Source of the DNA: Perna viridis | Lineage: Eukaryota | Assembly: GCA_037379345.1 (NCBI GenBank) | Contig: CM074512.1 | Span: 46,893,597-46,957,596, forward strand | Length of the DNA stretch: 64,000 bases | Direction of reading: 5' to 3' | Part shown: positions 26,151 to 38,157 of the stretch, piece by piece | Layout: each line of letters begins with the position of its first letter | Position numbering within the stretch: position 1 is the first letter of the stretch | The notes under the pieces: generated by a model | Database searches by the model: none | What the model was told of the DNA's origin: nothing | What the model saw: only the letters and a program-made list of their open reading frames with translations | Program-made: the position numbers and the translations under genes

Positions 26151-26233
26151 TAGCTGCCAAATCGTAGCTCTTGATCTTGATCTAACGTTAAGAAAATACA
26201 AAGAAAAATAGTTAGAGCTACGTTTCGCAGCTA
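26151..26233. mobile_element. 83-bp mini DNA transposon with TAG...CTA termini and a 9-bp TSD (AcademH-like)
   Basis: TIRs TAGCTGCCAAATCGTAGCTCT / AGAGCTACGTTTCGCAGCTA; TSD CTATCATTA on both sides. Confidence 0.75.
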
Positions 26234-26630
26234 CTATCATTAGAACTGTGTTACGTTAGGTCTCCATAGAAATTATTTGATTATCATACGTGTTATTTCT
26301 TGCCACTGTTTCGGATATTTTAGGAAGAAAATTCAATATTGCAATATATTTTTTTATTTAGATTGCAATATACTTTTTGGGTATATATGTATTAATATTG
26401 TGGCAACAATATTGTCTGAAGTAAAGCACTTCTTTCAATCACAATAATATACCTGTAGATACGAATGTGTTAATAAGTGGTCTTGTTACGAGTCTTACCT
26501 TGAGAAGACATACCCTGAATCATACAGGCATCCGCCATGTGTATATTAATGCCATGTTAACCATATCAACACTGAAAATAGAAAATAAGATTGTTGTCAT
26601 CAATTATATCAAATTTATATACACGTGTTT

Positions 26631-26915
26631 AAAGAGTAATCAAGGAAACCAAGGTTATAGTGGTAATCAAAAGAATGTAATCCAGGGACAAAGACCAGAC
26701 ACGGAAAACAGACATACACAACAAAGAACATAAAGTAACTAAAATCATACATACAAAGTAACAAAAGTAAATGAGCAACTTGGACTCCACTAAAAACTGG
26801 GAGCATGGACCAGGTGCACCGGTAGGGTAAGCGTCCTCTGCTTTTCTAGAAAAACCCGCCGAGTTGCTCATAAAAGTCAAGTCCGGGGTAGACAAACGAG
26901 GAAAGGAAAACTATG
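26631..26915 (-). repeat. Naiad 3' tail copy, nearly complete
   Basis: High identity to 2622-2909; the track ORFs here nearly duplicate those at 2668-2957. Confidence 0.88.
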
Positions 26916-27639
26916 ACTAAAGACAGTTTAGAAACAGATGTTATTTACTCAATACAAGTATATAGTAAACTGACAGGTGTTACACATGATTTAATGGTAG
27001 TACTTAAATGGTTTATTGTACAGGAAATATTGATGTGAAGTGGTATTGGCTACTATCAATTAATCTCGCAATATATTGTATTTGTATCAACACACAAAAT
27101 TACTTTATTAACATGCGAATTTATACATGGTATTTTCATGAATTTTGCTATTTAAAAACGTTTATATTTTTCACCATCTGAAATGCATGAGTTCGCTTAT
27201 CACACACGAACTTATAAACGAATGGTTATGAACAAAGGAAATATTGTAATAATGATATCCCTTCCTCGATAGTCATTAACCAAGATGACTTAACATAAGG
27301 GTCTTTCAGAAGTATTTGCACGACCATAATGCATTATGGAAATACTAAACCATGTGTTCCAACGTAATATGAAATTGGTAATAAGCAGAAGCTCTAGTTC
27401 GAATACATAAGTAAACTACTGAACTCATTGTTTTGGCATTCAGTGAAAGCTTTTGAATTAAACTACATCGTTTACCCTATATAGCATATCATTAAAAAGA
27501 TATACCAAATTAATTAAAGCGAAGCATTTTATAGTGTATTCTATGTATTGTTTTTTCCTTAATTTTAAATCCGGAAAAGGGTGGAAATTGTTTCCGTATT
27601 TAACACAGACGTCAGCAAAACACCAACACGTCTGCCATC

Positions 27640-28300
27640 ATTTAATCTGATCACAAATCTATTTGATTTATTTATCGTTTATAATTTACTGGTCACAAAG
27701 AATAGCCAGAACTAGAACTGGGGGTAGTAAGCAGAGGCGCAACTACTTGTTGGTTTAAAAAAAAGGGGTATGTTGTAACAAGGACCAAAAGATATGGCTG
27801 GGTTAAGGAGAAAATTAAAACGGCACAGCTTCCAGATTTATGTTAATTCAGTTGGGTTCAAACGATCGCGGTAAAGGGAAGTTATGTGACCTTATGAGAG
27901 ACACCAAAGAGGCATTCTTAAACGGAGGTTTCTCCTGACCAATATAAAAATAGTTGGAAATTATCTGTAACGCAAAGTTATTGACACTAAGCAAATGACG
28001 GAAAGGTAATTGAACGATTTCGCTCAAGGTTAAACATTCGTACAAAATGTAAAAAGAAAAGGACAGGTGTGGTGAAACGCAATAAATGCACCATCATATA
28101 ATCTTTACAAAAATACTAAATCTTTACAGAGATCACCAAAATGTCTTCACATACTTTCGAGTAAGCTCTATAAGAAGACTTCATCATTCGCCATACAGAC
28201 ACAGGCGAGAGAAAATATTCTATTCAGGTTTGACGGAATACACGTCAGATACTGGCTACACAGTGTATTTATATGATATTTGAGGTGGTCTAGAACTATA
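27640..28300 (+). mobile_element. Degraded SGNH-hydrolase ORF of a DIRS/Ngaro-type tyrosine-recombinase retroelement
   Basis: IIYWSQRIARTRTGG...WF.KRGM, MLIQLGSNDRGKGKLCDL, FRFDGIH..DTGYTVYLYDI*GGLE (GxND and DGxH blocks); multiple frameshifts. Confidence 0.65.
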
Positions 28301-28807
28301 CTTGGCGAACATTTATTATATATTTCCGCAAGAATGAGCTATACGTGGGGGGATGGGTTTCAAATGTTGCACATATTCGCCTGTATATTATTTAATAAAT
28401 GGTATTTCTGTACGTCCTGTCAGGACAGGTAAAATTTGTAAATGTGGTCGTTTTTTTCTTCAGTACACTGACTTGTATTTAAGGTATTCCAAGGAAGTCG
28501 TTGGTCTTCAATTAATGGTTAATGAACATCATTTGCTACAGCATGATACATTATGTTTTATATTAACATTTAGATATTGATGCAAACAAACATAAAAAAA
28601 TAAAACAGAAATAAATTTAGGAAAGTTATTGCATTTACCAGGATGAGAACAATGCTTTAACCCGGTTAACGTTTTAAGTTCCATTCTGTGTAAGAATCAG
28701 GCAATGAGTGGCACATCATTTTTCTCAGTTTCAACACATGTAGTAAACAACGGAAAAGCTATTTAAATTTGTAATGAAACGTCTGTGACACAGACATTTT
28801 TACCTGC

Positions 28808-28814
28808 TTATATA
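28808..28814 (-). promoter_or_regulatory. Candidate TATA box for a minus-strand transcript (possibly the TSP1-LDLa gene)
   Basis: TATATAA on the minus strand, followed by a candidate first exon ending at donor CTG|GTAAAT (28639). Confidence 0.3.
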
Positions 28815-28949
28815 GAGAAATAGTACTGGACAATTTTTCATAGTGCATTTCAGCTGAATTAGACCTATCAATATTTTTAAAAGGTAAAATTATCAAACAC
28901 TTCAATTGACATTTCTGGAGGTCATGAGTTATAAGTTCTTGGATAAAGC

Positions 28950-29441
28950 GCCCCGTGCAGGTCCAGGTGTCAAAAGAATAGGCCTGCAGCAGCGCTAAGC
29001 TTGTCGTAAAAGGCGACTAAATGGTGCTCAGTAACCTAGCCGGGGGCTAGGATGTGTGCCCGAGGTGGTGGAATGGGGTACCCCTGGCATGTTACATGCT
29101 GGGGATGTCAGGCTATAATACGGAAAACCTGACCGCAAACCGTAGTGGTGCACCGTGTTGGGAAAGATGCCACGTTCCTCGCAAGTTAAAGACCCCTGGT
29201 GTGGTATTCGATAGGAGTAGGAACCGTTGCGCTCCGCCACAGGAGGCTAAATTGCCCGACCTTACCCATCCCTTTTTCTAGTGGCAATCAAAATTTGTCG
29301 ACCCTACTGTCCTTGTGTCCCATCCTTTTTTTTATTTCATCATCATTTCATGTTCATTTTATCATCCATTTCATATTCATCGTCTGAATATAGCTGAAAT
29401 ATTGCTGCTCGGACGTTAAACCCCAACAATCAATTAATCAA
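28950..29441 (+). mobile_element. Full-length non-autonomous structured retroposon (SINE-like, Deu/Nin-like core, I/Nimb-like (AATC)n tail), copy 1
   Basis: 13-bp TSD TCTTGGATAAAGC (28937-28949 and 29442-29454); ends GGACGTTAAACCCCAACAATCAATTAATCAA; homologous to the copies at 55302 and 60858. Confidence 0.88.
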
Positions 29442-29645
29442 TCTTGGATAAAGCAAGACAATTTCTGTCTTTTTTTCATCGTGTGCCACACCTTATACAC
29501 ATATTGCCCGATTCTTAGACAAAGAAGTGTATAATGACATTCATATTTAAGAATTTTAAAATTAAGTATTAGTAACACCTGCATAATACTAATAAATACT
29601 TTGTTACAAGCACGCTAAAAAGTCATTACTAGTCTTTTACATGTC

Positions 29646-29653
29646 TATATAAA
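29646..29653 (+). promoter_or_regulatory. TATA box of the C1qDC gene
   Basis: TATATAAA about 45 nt upstream of the signal-peptide ATG. Confidence 0.6.
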
Positions 29654-29695
29654 AAGTACAACTTGAAAAATTTCTTGAACAGTTCAAGAGCAACG

Positions 29696-30899
29696 ATGAG
29701 TTTCGGATCATTCCTTCTATTGAATTTAATTGCCGCTGTGTTCAGTGCTGGGAAAGAAGGGCAATATGTGAAAGACCTTTGTAAATGTAATATGCAGATA
29801 GGTACGTTTCATATTTTCTTTGCTTTACAATTTACCAAGTTATCAACTGACCTATATTTGTTCATGTAAATGTCTTTGCATTGGTGCAAAAGATGAATAT
29901 TTGAATTTCTCATGTGACATATCTGTGACCATTCTTCGTGTGAAACCAAGTTTAGAAATAAGCTTTAACTTATTCGCAGTATCAAGTAGTTCTTTTGACT
30001 TTTAAATATCAAATAATTTTATATTTACTACGTTGCTGATTTTAGAAAGGACCAGTGCCGTGATAGCGACAGTACGACATACTTTAGATCATTTGGAAAA
30101 GTCGCTATCTTCATTCAAAACATGTGGTATGTAATATCATACAATTATCTACATAAACTACCTAAAATTATAACATGTATTATGGTAAAATAAATAAAAT
30201 CACAACAGTGTATCTTGTCTTGTGTATATATATATATTTACAAACCGGAAATTTCATAATTTCACAACAATGAAATAAGCGCTGTTTTATTATATTCACG
30301 AGGAGTAATTAAACAACGTTTTAAGAGAGAGGCGATCAAACAATCCAATCCTGGTTCATATCCGAATCTCAAATTTACTAAAATAGTTCTTTGAAAGTCC
30401 CAACAAATTTACAATATACTATATACTAAGACATTTTCTTTACTTGTGTATATGTTAATATTTTTTAGTGTATTATATGTTGTAGAACGATGTTTGACGA
30501 ATGCACACAAGGAAAGAAGATATATTTTTCAGCTTCACTATCAAATACTCGATCTCTGAGCGGTAGTCAAACAGTCATTTTCGATTATGTGAACGAAAAT
30601 AGCGGGAAATGCTATAATCCAAATACCGGTAAATTTACAGCAACAAAACAGGGGGTGTACTATTTCACATGTTCATTTATATCAAGTAGTGGTTCAAAAA
30701 CATTACATCTTAGACTGGTCAAGAACAAAAGCACTATTGCTAGAGCAACAGGGTATAATGGTTCACACAGCACAGGAGTTTTGAGCGCCGTTGCGTATTT
30801 AAGGTTGGTGACACAATTGAAGTTCAACATTTTCCTGGAGCCAGTACACAGGCGATTTATGGATCCCATTGGTCTCGGTTTGTTGGATATATGCTGTAA
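29696..30899 (+). pseudogene. Secreted C1q-domain-containing (C1qDC) gene with two frameshifts (pseudogene or assembly error)
   Basis: Exons 29696-29801 (signal peptide MSFGSFLLLNLIAAVFSA), 30046-30126 (short helical stalk) and 30486-30899 (gC1q: IYFSASL...VIFDYVNENSGKCYNPNTGKFTATKQGVYYF...GDTIEV...SRFVGYML*). Needs +1 nt near 30510 and near 30802. TATA upstream, AATAAA at 30927. Confidence 0.85.
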
Positions 30900-31181
30900 T
30901 ATATTTATGCCAGTCTTAAAATATACAATAAATTTTGACTTTATGATTGTTTGGTTGTTTTTTTACGGTTCATTTTCTCATACTTCATGAAATTATATCA
31001 CGCATCTTTTAAGGTATATTTCACAATAAAAAAAGTACTATAGGCTTAAAATTCATATAATGCATGTAACCTGGCCTGCTGCAACGTATAGTAATTCCTT
31101 GTATGTGTTTTACTTGAATATATTTATGGCCTGGCTTACTCTGAACATATTTACCTCGAATTTTTCTGCTATTCATTTTGA

Positions 31182-31230
31182 TTGATTGATTGATTGATTA
31201 TTGGGGTTTAACGCCCGAGCAGCAATACTT
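31182..31230 (-). mobile_element. 49-bp 5'-truncated tail stub of the same retroposon (or its partner LINE)
   Basis: (GATT)n plus GGGGTTTAACGCCCGAGCAGCAATA, flanked by the 13-bp TSD CTATTCATTTTGA. Confidence 0.85.
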
Positions 31231-31529
31231 CTATTCATTTTGAAAGTAAGCACAAGAGACTGTGATTAGAATCAGACACATAATATCAATAACCAGGACA
31301 CAACAACTGACAAGAACACCATGAATAACGCAAATTAATTAATAACCCATCCTTCAATAAGGTGTTTGGATTAATATATACGTATTTTGATATACCCTTA
31401 AACTGTACCTCATTAATCGCACTTCAGCAGAAAAGGCCAGACTTAATACACGTTTACCATACACCAATAAAAACAATAACTGGACATATCAAGCTAGGGT
31501 TCATTGAACTCATAAGTCAGAATAAACAT

Positions 31530-31960
31530 TAATGGAATATATGTTATTGCAAGTGAACTTAGTGCTAGATTATAATTAGGTAGGACAGGTCTTACTTGTA
31601 GAACACTGTAGATAGAGAGAAAAGTAGATGTGCATAAGATTAAATACACCCCATGAAAAACATGATCAGAAATATGTTCTAACCAATTCAGAACACATTC
31701 TTTACAGATCCAAACTGCAAAAAACGTACACCTGTCCATACCAGACAAGATAAAAAGTAATGTTACATAGGTGCTTACTTTTGACAGGTTTCATAATAAA
31801 GAACTTACATTTGTGTAAGAACTAATTCATAAGTGTCAACATTGTTTCAGTGCTATATTATTGACATTTTTAAGACATCAAAACATACAAGGCAAAATAT
31901 GTTATGGCCTAACCATGCCAGATCATCCTTATGTTCTGTCAAAACAAAGGCAGCGTGAGG
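31530..31960 (+). mobile_element. Possible very old LINE AP-endonuclease remnant
   Basis: IASELSAR (compare I.GDLNAR), RQDK and PDH motifs in the expected order; heavily decayed. Confidence 0.3.
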
Positions 31961-34079
31961 TCAAGCTAGGCTTAAATCAATACCAGGCCATAATTTAGGG
32001 TATGCAAGAAAAATAGGCATTATTTTAGCTATTTATGAAACATCTTGAAAGCCTTTCGAGCACCCGAATACTTTTAAGTTAGTTTAGTTTAATTAAAATC
32101 TTTGAATCTAGGTGCTTTAATATGGAAGGATATTTTAATCGTATAATCTTGAAATTATCCGATATAACTCAGCAAACCAAACATAAAATGTGCTTCAATT
32201 TCGTTTGCCCAACAATTATCCAATGAAAGTGAAAGTCCATATCCTTTAAACGTATTACCTACAAAAAATATCTTATCCGTCTTCAACATCCACTTTGTCT
32301 GTTTAAAGTGAAAGCTTTCTTTCTTCATATAATTAAACCTGTGTGTTGACATTTGCCGAAGAAGTAGCGTTTACTTTAAACAACATGCACAAAATGCAGT
32401 TTGAAAGAACCTGCTAAGCTTTCGTTTTTCTGAGGTAATTTGAAGAAGAATTACTAAACAGTCATAAAAGATGCACCAAAGCTACATTCGAGAATCGAAA
32501 CTATTGTTTTGAATATGAAATAATGTTTCATCAAAAACAATTAGTAAGGTATGGATAATTTAAATGTACGTGGATTATTAAAATTCGTTGTAATGGTTTG
32601 ATTACTAATCAATCAAACTGCATGACACAATATATTACACATTAAATTATTTTAAAGTACTTTTGAAACACACATGTTTACAACGTAATAAAATTAAAGA
32701 TTAAAGATCAAAACAATGAAAATACATTTGATAAACGCCTTTGGTGCTTAAATATTTTTTCTTACAAAAACATCAGATTAGCTCGGTCAGCTCAATAGAA
32801 CTTACGCAGTGACAAACAGCATCCCCCTGATACAACATGCCTGATGGTTTTTATTTATAAAACAGACTTTGTCCTATTACTTTTATACAGTTTCCTGTGT
32901 ATTTTTCGGGCATTACATTTTCCAATGAATTAAAAACTTAAGTGCTGCTGTCTAATTAGTTTACAACTTTAAAAAAAAACAAACGGTTTTCTATAGTGAA
33001 GAAAACGATGAATATTACCTACCATTTCAACGTTATAGATCCAATCATAACACTCGTTTGTCATGTTAACAGAACATATTTTGGCAGTGTCTACTTATCT
33101 CCTACATCCAGACAATAATCCCAATAATAACATCTAAAGTGCCACTGACAGAATTAGAAAACAAATCAGTAATTACAAAACACCACTCATTATCAACAAA
33201 ACGTAAACAACCTTCCTCCATCAATCGATTTTAAAGACAATGTATTTCTATTTCAATGCATTGGTTTTAACATTGGGAATGATAGGATTGGCAAGCTGTG
33301 TACGTTCATCATAAAAATATCTACACTAATACACAAATATTGGCAACATGTTTAACTACGGTGTTTACTGACTCATCATAAAGATGAACATATGTCAAAG
33401 AATTAATCGAAGTTTAGGGGGTTTCCTCTAATTAACATTCATTAGTTGCAGTAAAATGATATTCATAATCAATATAACCACTGTATGCTGACACAGTTAA
33501 AGCTATTGATTAAAAGATGAAATTTCATAAGATTTGTTTGAGACTAAATAATGTAGTATTAGTTTTTAGAAATTATCGCCATAGTTGAAAATATCGTCGT
33601 TGTCTTTCAGAAAATGCTTCTAAATTTGAAGTCTTGTAAAAAGCAGGATCCGCTGAATATTTCAGCGACATTGTCAGAATTTTCAATTAAGTTCATGATG
33701 CTTAAATGTTAATTTACTTATACGTTTTTATCGTTGTCTCTGTGATCTTCACGCCCGTGTTGTGAGTACAATATTTTGTCTTCTAATTTTAAACCCTGAT
33801 TTACAATTTTTTATCTTTCTAAATGCTTCAATATACTAAAAAAGGACAAATATTAATCATTCAGAATAATGATAACCTGATTTACAACATTTCGACTGAA
33901 AGAGTTACCAAGCTGAATGGGGCGTAAAATTGTATCTCGACCACTGGGAGCGATTATTTGATCTTTCAATGAATGTTAACAAAACGAAATCTTTCTTTTA
34001 TAAAATCAACCATAGACATTTTTAGTATTTTTATTTATGTCGTCGATATGATATCTGTATACAGAACATAGCCGGTCAC

Positions 34080-34260
34080 ACCAAAAAATACAACAAACGA
34101 AATACAAGTCACACGAAAAAAAACCACAAACTTGAGAGCACTAACACACGCAGAGAAACCAAACTACACGAACTCCATTAGAAACCGGACGTAAACTCAG
34201 GTTTTCCGTACGGGTAAGAAGTTTCTGCTTCTTGTAAGATACCAGTCGTGTTGCTCGTTG
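34080..34260 (-). repeat. 3' tail of a second Naiad-like family
   Basis: Minus strand GAGCAACACGACTGGTATCTTACAAGAAGCAGAAACTTCTTACCCGTACGGAAAACCTGAG...GGAGTTCGTGTAG; same layout as 2668-2768. Confidence 0.6.
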
Positions 34261-34739
34261 AAAGCAATACCCGTGAAAGAGGAAATTACCTATAATAGAT
34301 GGAGGTTGTTCGACGTATTTGAAAAAGAGAATTCATATCGGTCTGACGACCTTAAAACTTTTGAAGTGACAGTCTCACATTATCTTTGGGCAAGATAACC
34401 TTATCCAAGTAGAATTGATGTAAACTGCTGAGTCATATCCACACAATATTATGACTGTAGCAACTAGCAAAACATAAAAGGTTTTAGGACAGACGAATTG
34501 TAGCACTGTGAACAATTATAATGAAATTATTGTAATGTGCTACGTTGCAGAACAAACCGTCATGGTAAAAAATATATGGTCAGATCATCAAAAAAATTAA
34601 CAAACAAGAAATTGAAGCCACGATAGTTAAGCTTCTGTCAAAATATCGAGTGGCTGTAATAAGTAGTTATCGAAATCGAACTACAGACCAGTATTGGTAT
34701 TACCTATTGTCAGTAAAATTACAGAGAGGCAAGTATTCA

Positions 34740-36345
34740 ATTTTTTTTATGATTATTTATCCATAAATAAGTTAATCACTAATTGTCAGTCTGGTTTTAG
34801 CACTCATGTGAAACTGTTTAAATAGTCTAATTGATCGTTGGTTAAAACATATAGACCAAGGGAAGTAAACAGGTGTTTTATTTATGGACCTGACTAAGGC
34901 CTTTGACACGGTTAATCGTATTGTATCATTTTATAAACTTAAAATGTTTGATGTTTGTGAAAGTAGTTTAAAATGGTTCAAATCTTATTTCTCATTTAGA
35001 CCACAATGAGTTGGCTGGAATGGTACTTTATCAAAACCAAGGGATAATACTATAGGTGTATATCAAGAATATATCTTGGGGCCCTTATTTTTTATTCTAT
35101 TGCTTAACGATTATCCTGTTTGTTCATTCTCATGCAACTATATATGCTGACGATACCTCTCAAAATGTTGCTGATGAATGTATTGATGCTATTGAAACAA
35201 AAACTCGAAGAACTTGTAAACTCAATTAAATGGATGCAACGTAATAAACTTACAATGAACCTTAAAAAGACTCAATGTATGCTTATTGGTACGCAACAGA
35301 AATTAGCAAAATGGCGCAAATTTATATAAATATAGACAATATTGTCTTAGAAACTGTTGAGCATTCTTTTAGGTATTGATATTGATTGTTATTTGTCTTG
35401 GTCTATCATATTGATTTTTTTTATCAGAAAGACATCTAAGAAAATTGGTGTTTTAAAACGTTTAAAAAGCTTTATGTCACCTGAAACGCTTTTAAAGGTA
35501 TATAACTCTGTATGGTCTAATTCCAAAAATGTGGCAAATATAGATAGGAATTTTTTAAACTGTAGAAAAAAGTTGCACGTACAATTTTGAATGTGCATAA
35601 TATAATGACATCATCTAGTGTATTATTTAACAGATTGGTGTGGATGCCAATGCCTGATTATTTTATATAGAGAAAAGCTATTTTAGTGTTCAAGTCACGT
35701 CATTAGTTAAGTAAATGTCTTTGTAAGAATCATGAAAAATCTGAAAAATGTGATACACCTCAAAAAAGTGTACATATTTTTATTTTTGTAATTAAGTTGT
35801 TTTATGGGTCTACACTAAGAAATGTGTAATTATTCATTCAAATCTGCCTGCTTTTAGGAGATAATCGACATTGAAAATACAGTAGATTCTATTGTATTTG
35901 AGCGCCATTTACAGAGTTATCTCCCTTAATTTTGAAATCTACAGTGCATTCTATATAATTTTTATCTCCTCTTATATGAAAAACCACATGTTTATTTCTA
36001 TTTACTATGACATTTCAAACAAAATATAAAAAATAAAAATATGTAGGCTTTTTACCCATGAATTACATTTTGCATGACTCTTAGCTGGAGTGCTACTTAA
36101 CACCTGAATATCTTTATGTTTTCACATGTGTACATTGGGTGATCTCTAGAAACACCAGACAGAGCGAAAGTAATTTATCATATACACCAAAAGCTCGAAC
36201 AGAATATTTTAAAAGATCCTTTGTTATGTCAGGTAGCTTGTTATGCAATAATTTACATTCGAGTATAAGAAACTGTTCTACAATTATATGTTTTAAAAGG
36301 ACATACTTAGATAATTTCTTTAACATGTCGACCAATAACTAAACA
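34740..36345 (+). mobile_element. Degraded L2/CR1-group LINE ORF2 (RT and 3' end), split by a MITE
   Basis: FMDLTKAFDTVN, KWFKSYF, GVYQEYILGPLFFILLLNDYP, YADDT, WMQRNKLTMNLKKTQCMLIG, PKARTEYFKRSF. Confidence 0.85.
35711..36096. mobile_element. TTAA-flanked MITE inserted in the LINE
   Basis: TTAA duplication (35707-35710 and 36097-36100), imperfect TIRs GTA..TAAGAATCATG / CATGACTCTTA..TAC; excision restores the LINE frame (LTPEYL). Confidence 0.75.
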
Positions 36346-38157
36346 TTATGTAGTTAATTCCTATCATATACATGTAATATTATCTATTTAAAATTGTTAT
36401 TTCATTTAATGTGTAGTTTATACTTAATTTTGTAAAATATGTATATAATGCTGGACCATATTATAAACTAGTCTTCGGATTTTGTAATTACCATACAATC
36501 AAAATATAAACAAATGTACCAACTCTCACGATATGGCAAACCAAACCCCTGAAAACTCTGTTCTGCCTGCATTGCATGTGTTTAAATATTGGCAATACGA
36601 GGTAAATTCGTTTGATTCCAAATGATGACTGCAATTTCTCGGGTGACATGCCAACCCTTAAATCTGACTTTGAACACTGCAAAAGAATTCTTTATCTGAA
36701 ATATAGCTATAACCATGTTAAATAGTTTTGACTGCTTTGGATAAACACCTGTAACTTTAATCACCAAAATCCATACAATCATTTGCCAAAGTAAGAAATG
36801 CATTTCGGCCTTTAGAAAATAACACCAGAAATATACAATAAATAGGGAATATCATTTATAATTCAGGAAACTACTAAACGGACAACATAAACAAGCCCTG
36901 TATAGTTTCATCAAGGCAAGTACAGTATATTAGATTACTGTCAACTGGATAAGCAAATTACATTTTTCAGTTATTGACGAAACTATTTTGCTTATCTTTT
37001 ACGAATTGCTCCATTTCCTCTAATACAAGTGGACATTATGCGCGTTTCTGTAAGTTCGACAAACTATTAAAATGTCTTTAAATGTTTATTTTCGTTGATA
37101 TAAGAAAATATCTTGTAACATTTATCTGTCTAAATCAACACTAATAGAAAAACTGTTTCTCACAACCACATTTGAGACTTTGAAAAAGATAGGGATACAT
37201 AACGACCAATTAATAGTAGGATAACAACACATTCAAACTCTTTGTTTCGTACAACTATGTTCATGGAGGAAAAACACGTATTTGTGGTTAATAAGCCAGG
37301 TTACATTGTTACAAATATCAACTAATACATTGTACGCTTTATCCTTCAATAAATTCCTGCGAACATAACATCAGACAGGAGCAATATATAGTAAATACAG
37401 GTATTAATGGATATATGCTTAAATGGTATTCAATAAAATAGTCATTCGTTCGTCCACAAATTCGCTAAACTGCATGAAATTGTGAGTGAATTGCCAGTGA
37501 CAAATAAAAAGTATCTTTCAGCATGAGTTGTTTATTTCAAAAGACTTTTATAAATCGTCATTAAGCCCTGTTACAAAGCATGCAATAGATTATTCTATAC
37601 ATCATTTCGCATATATTACTGAAAAAGTAATTGAAAGGTGTTTTGAAATATTTCCGTTTGTAGCCATAAATGTGTTACAACCCCTGTAACAGTAATTGTT
37701 CAATATATTTGTTACGTACCACTTATGATACTAAAGACTTTATTATCACGTGATGGTGTTAAGTGTCCGCGTCCGTTTGAATTAAGAAAATATTTTCATT
37801 TCTTTTTAGTTCGTCAAAATACTATTTTATGTGTTTTTCCTGTAATATATATACTTTTTTGTATTTTTATCGCAATAATTTAGGATAAAAAAAAAGTTAT
37901 TTTTAAGTCGCTAATATTGTTAACGACTTCTTGCACTCGTAATTTCAGTACTTTATATTCGCATATGGTTTGCATAATTATATATTACTACATCACGTTA
38001 TGCTGCAGATCTGTGTCGTGTTTACCGCCATAGCATCATAGTTCTAGCTTCATACGAGATAAAAAATTACCTCTTTTACGAAAAGACTCGGTACTAGTTA
38101 TGTCGTTGCAATAGGAAGTTAACGTTTAATCCGCCTCAGTGGATGTATTCCCAAAAA

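Noticed and set aside
28950-29060. HDV-like or hammerhead ribozyme assignment
   Set aside because: I could not place the HDV P3-L3/P1.1 nested pseudoknot or a CTGA.GA/GAAA hammerhead core; left unclassified.
29028-29387. ORFs in the structured retroposon (also 55380, 55430, 60908, 60950)
   Set aside because: Frames and ends differ between copies; the RNA is GC-rich and structured, with no protein motif.
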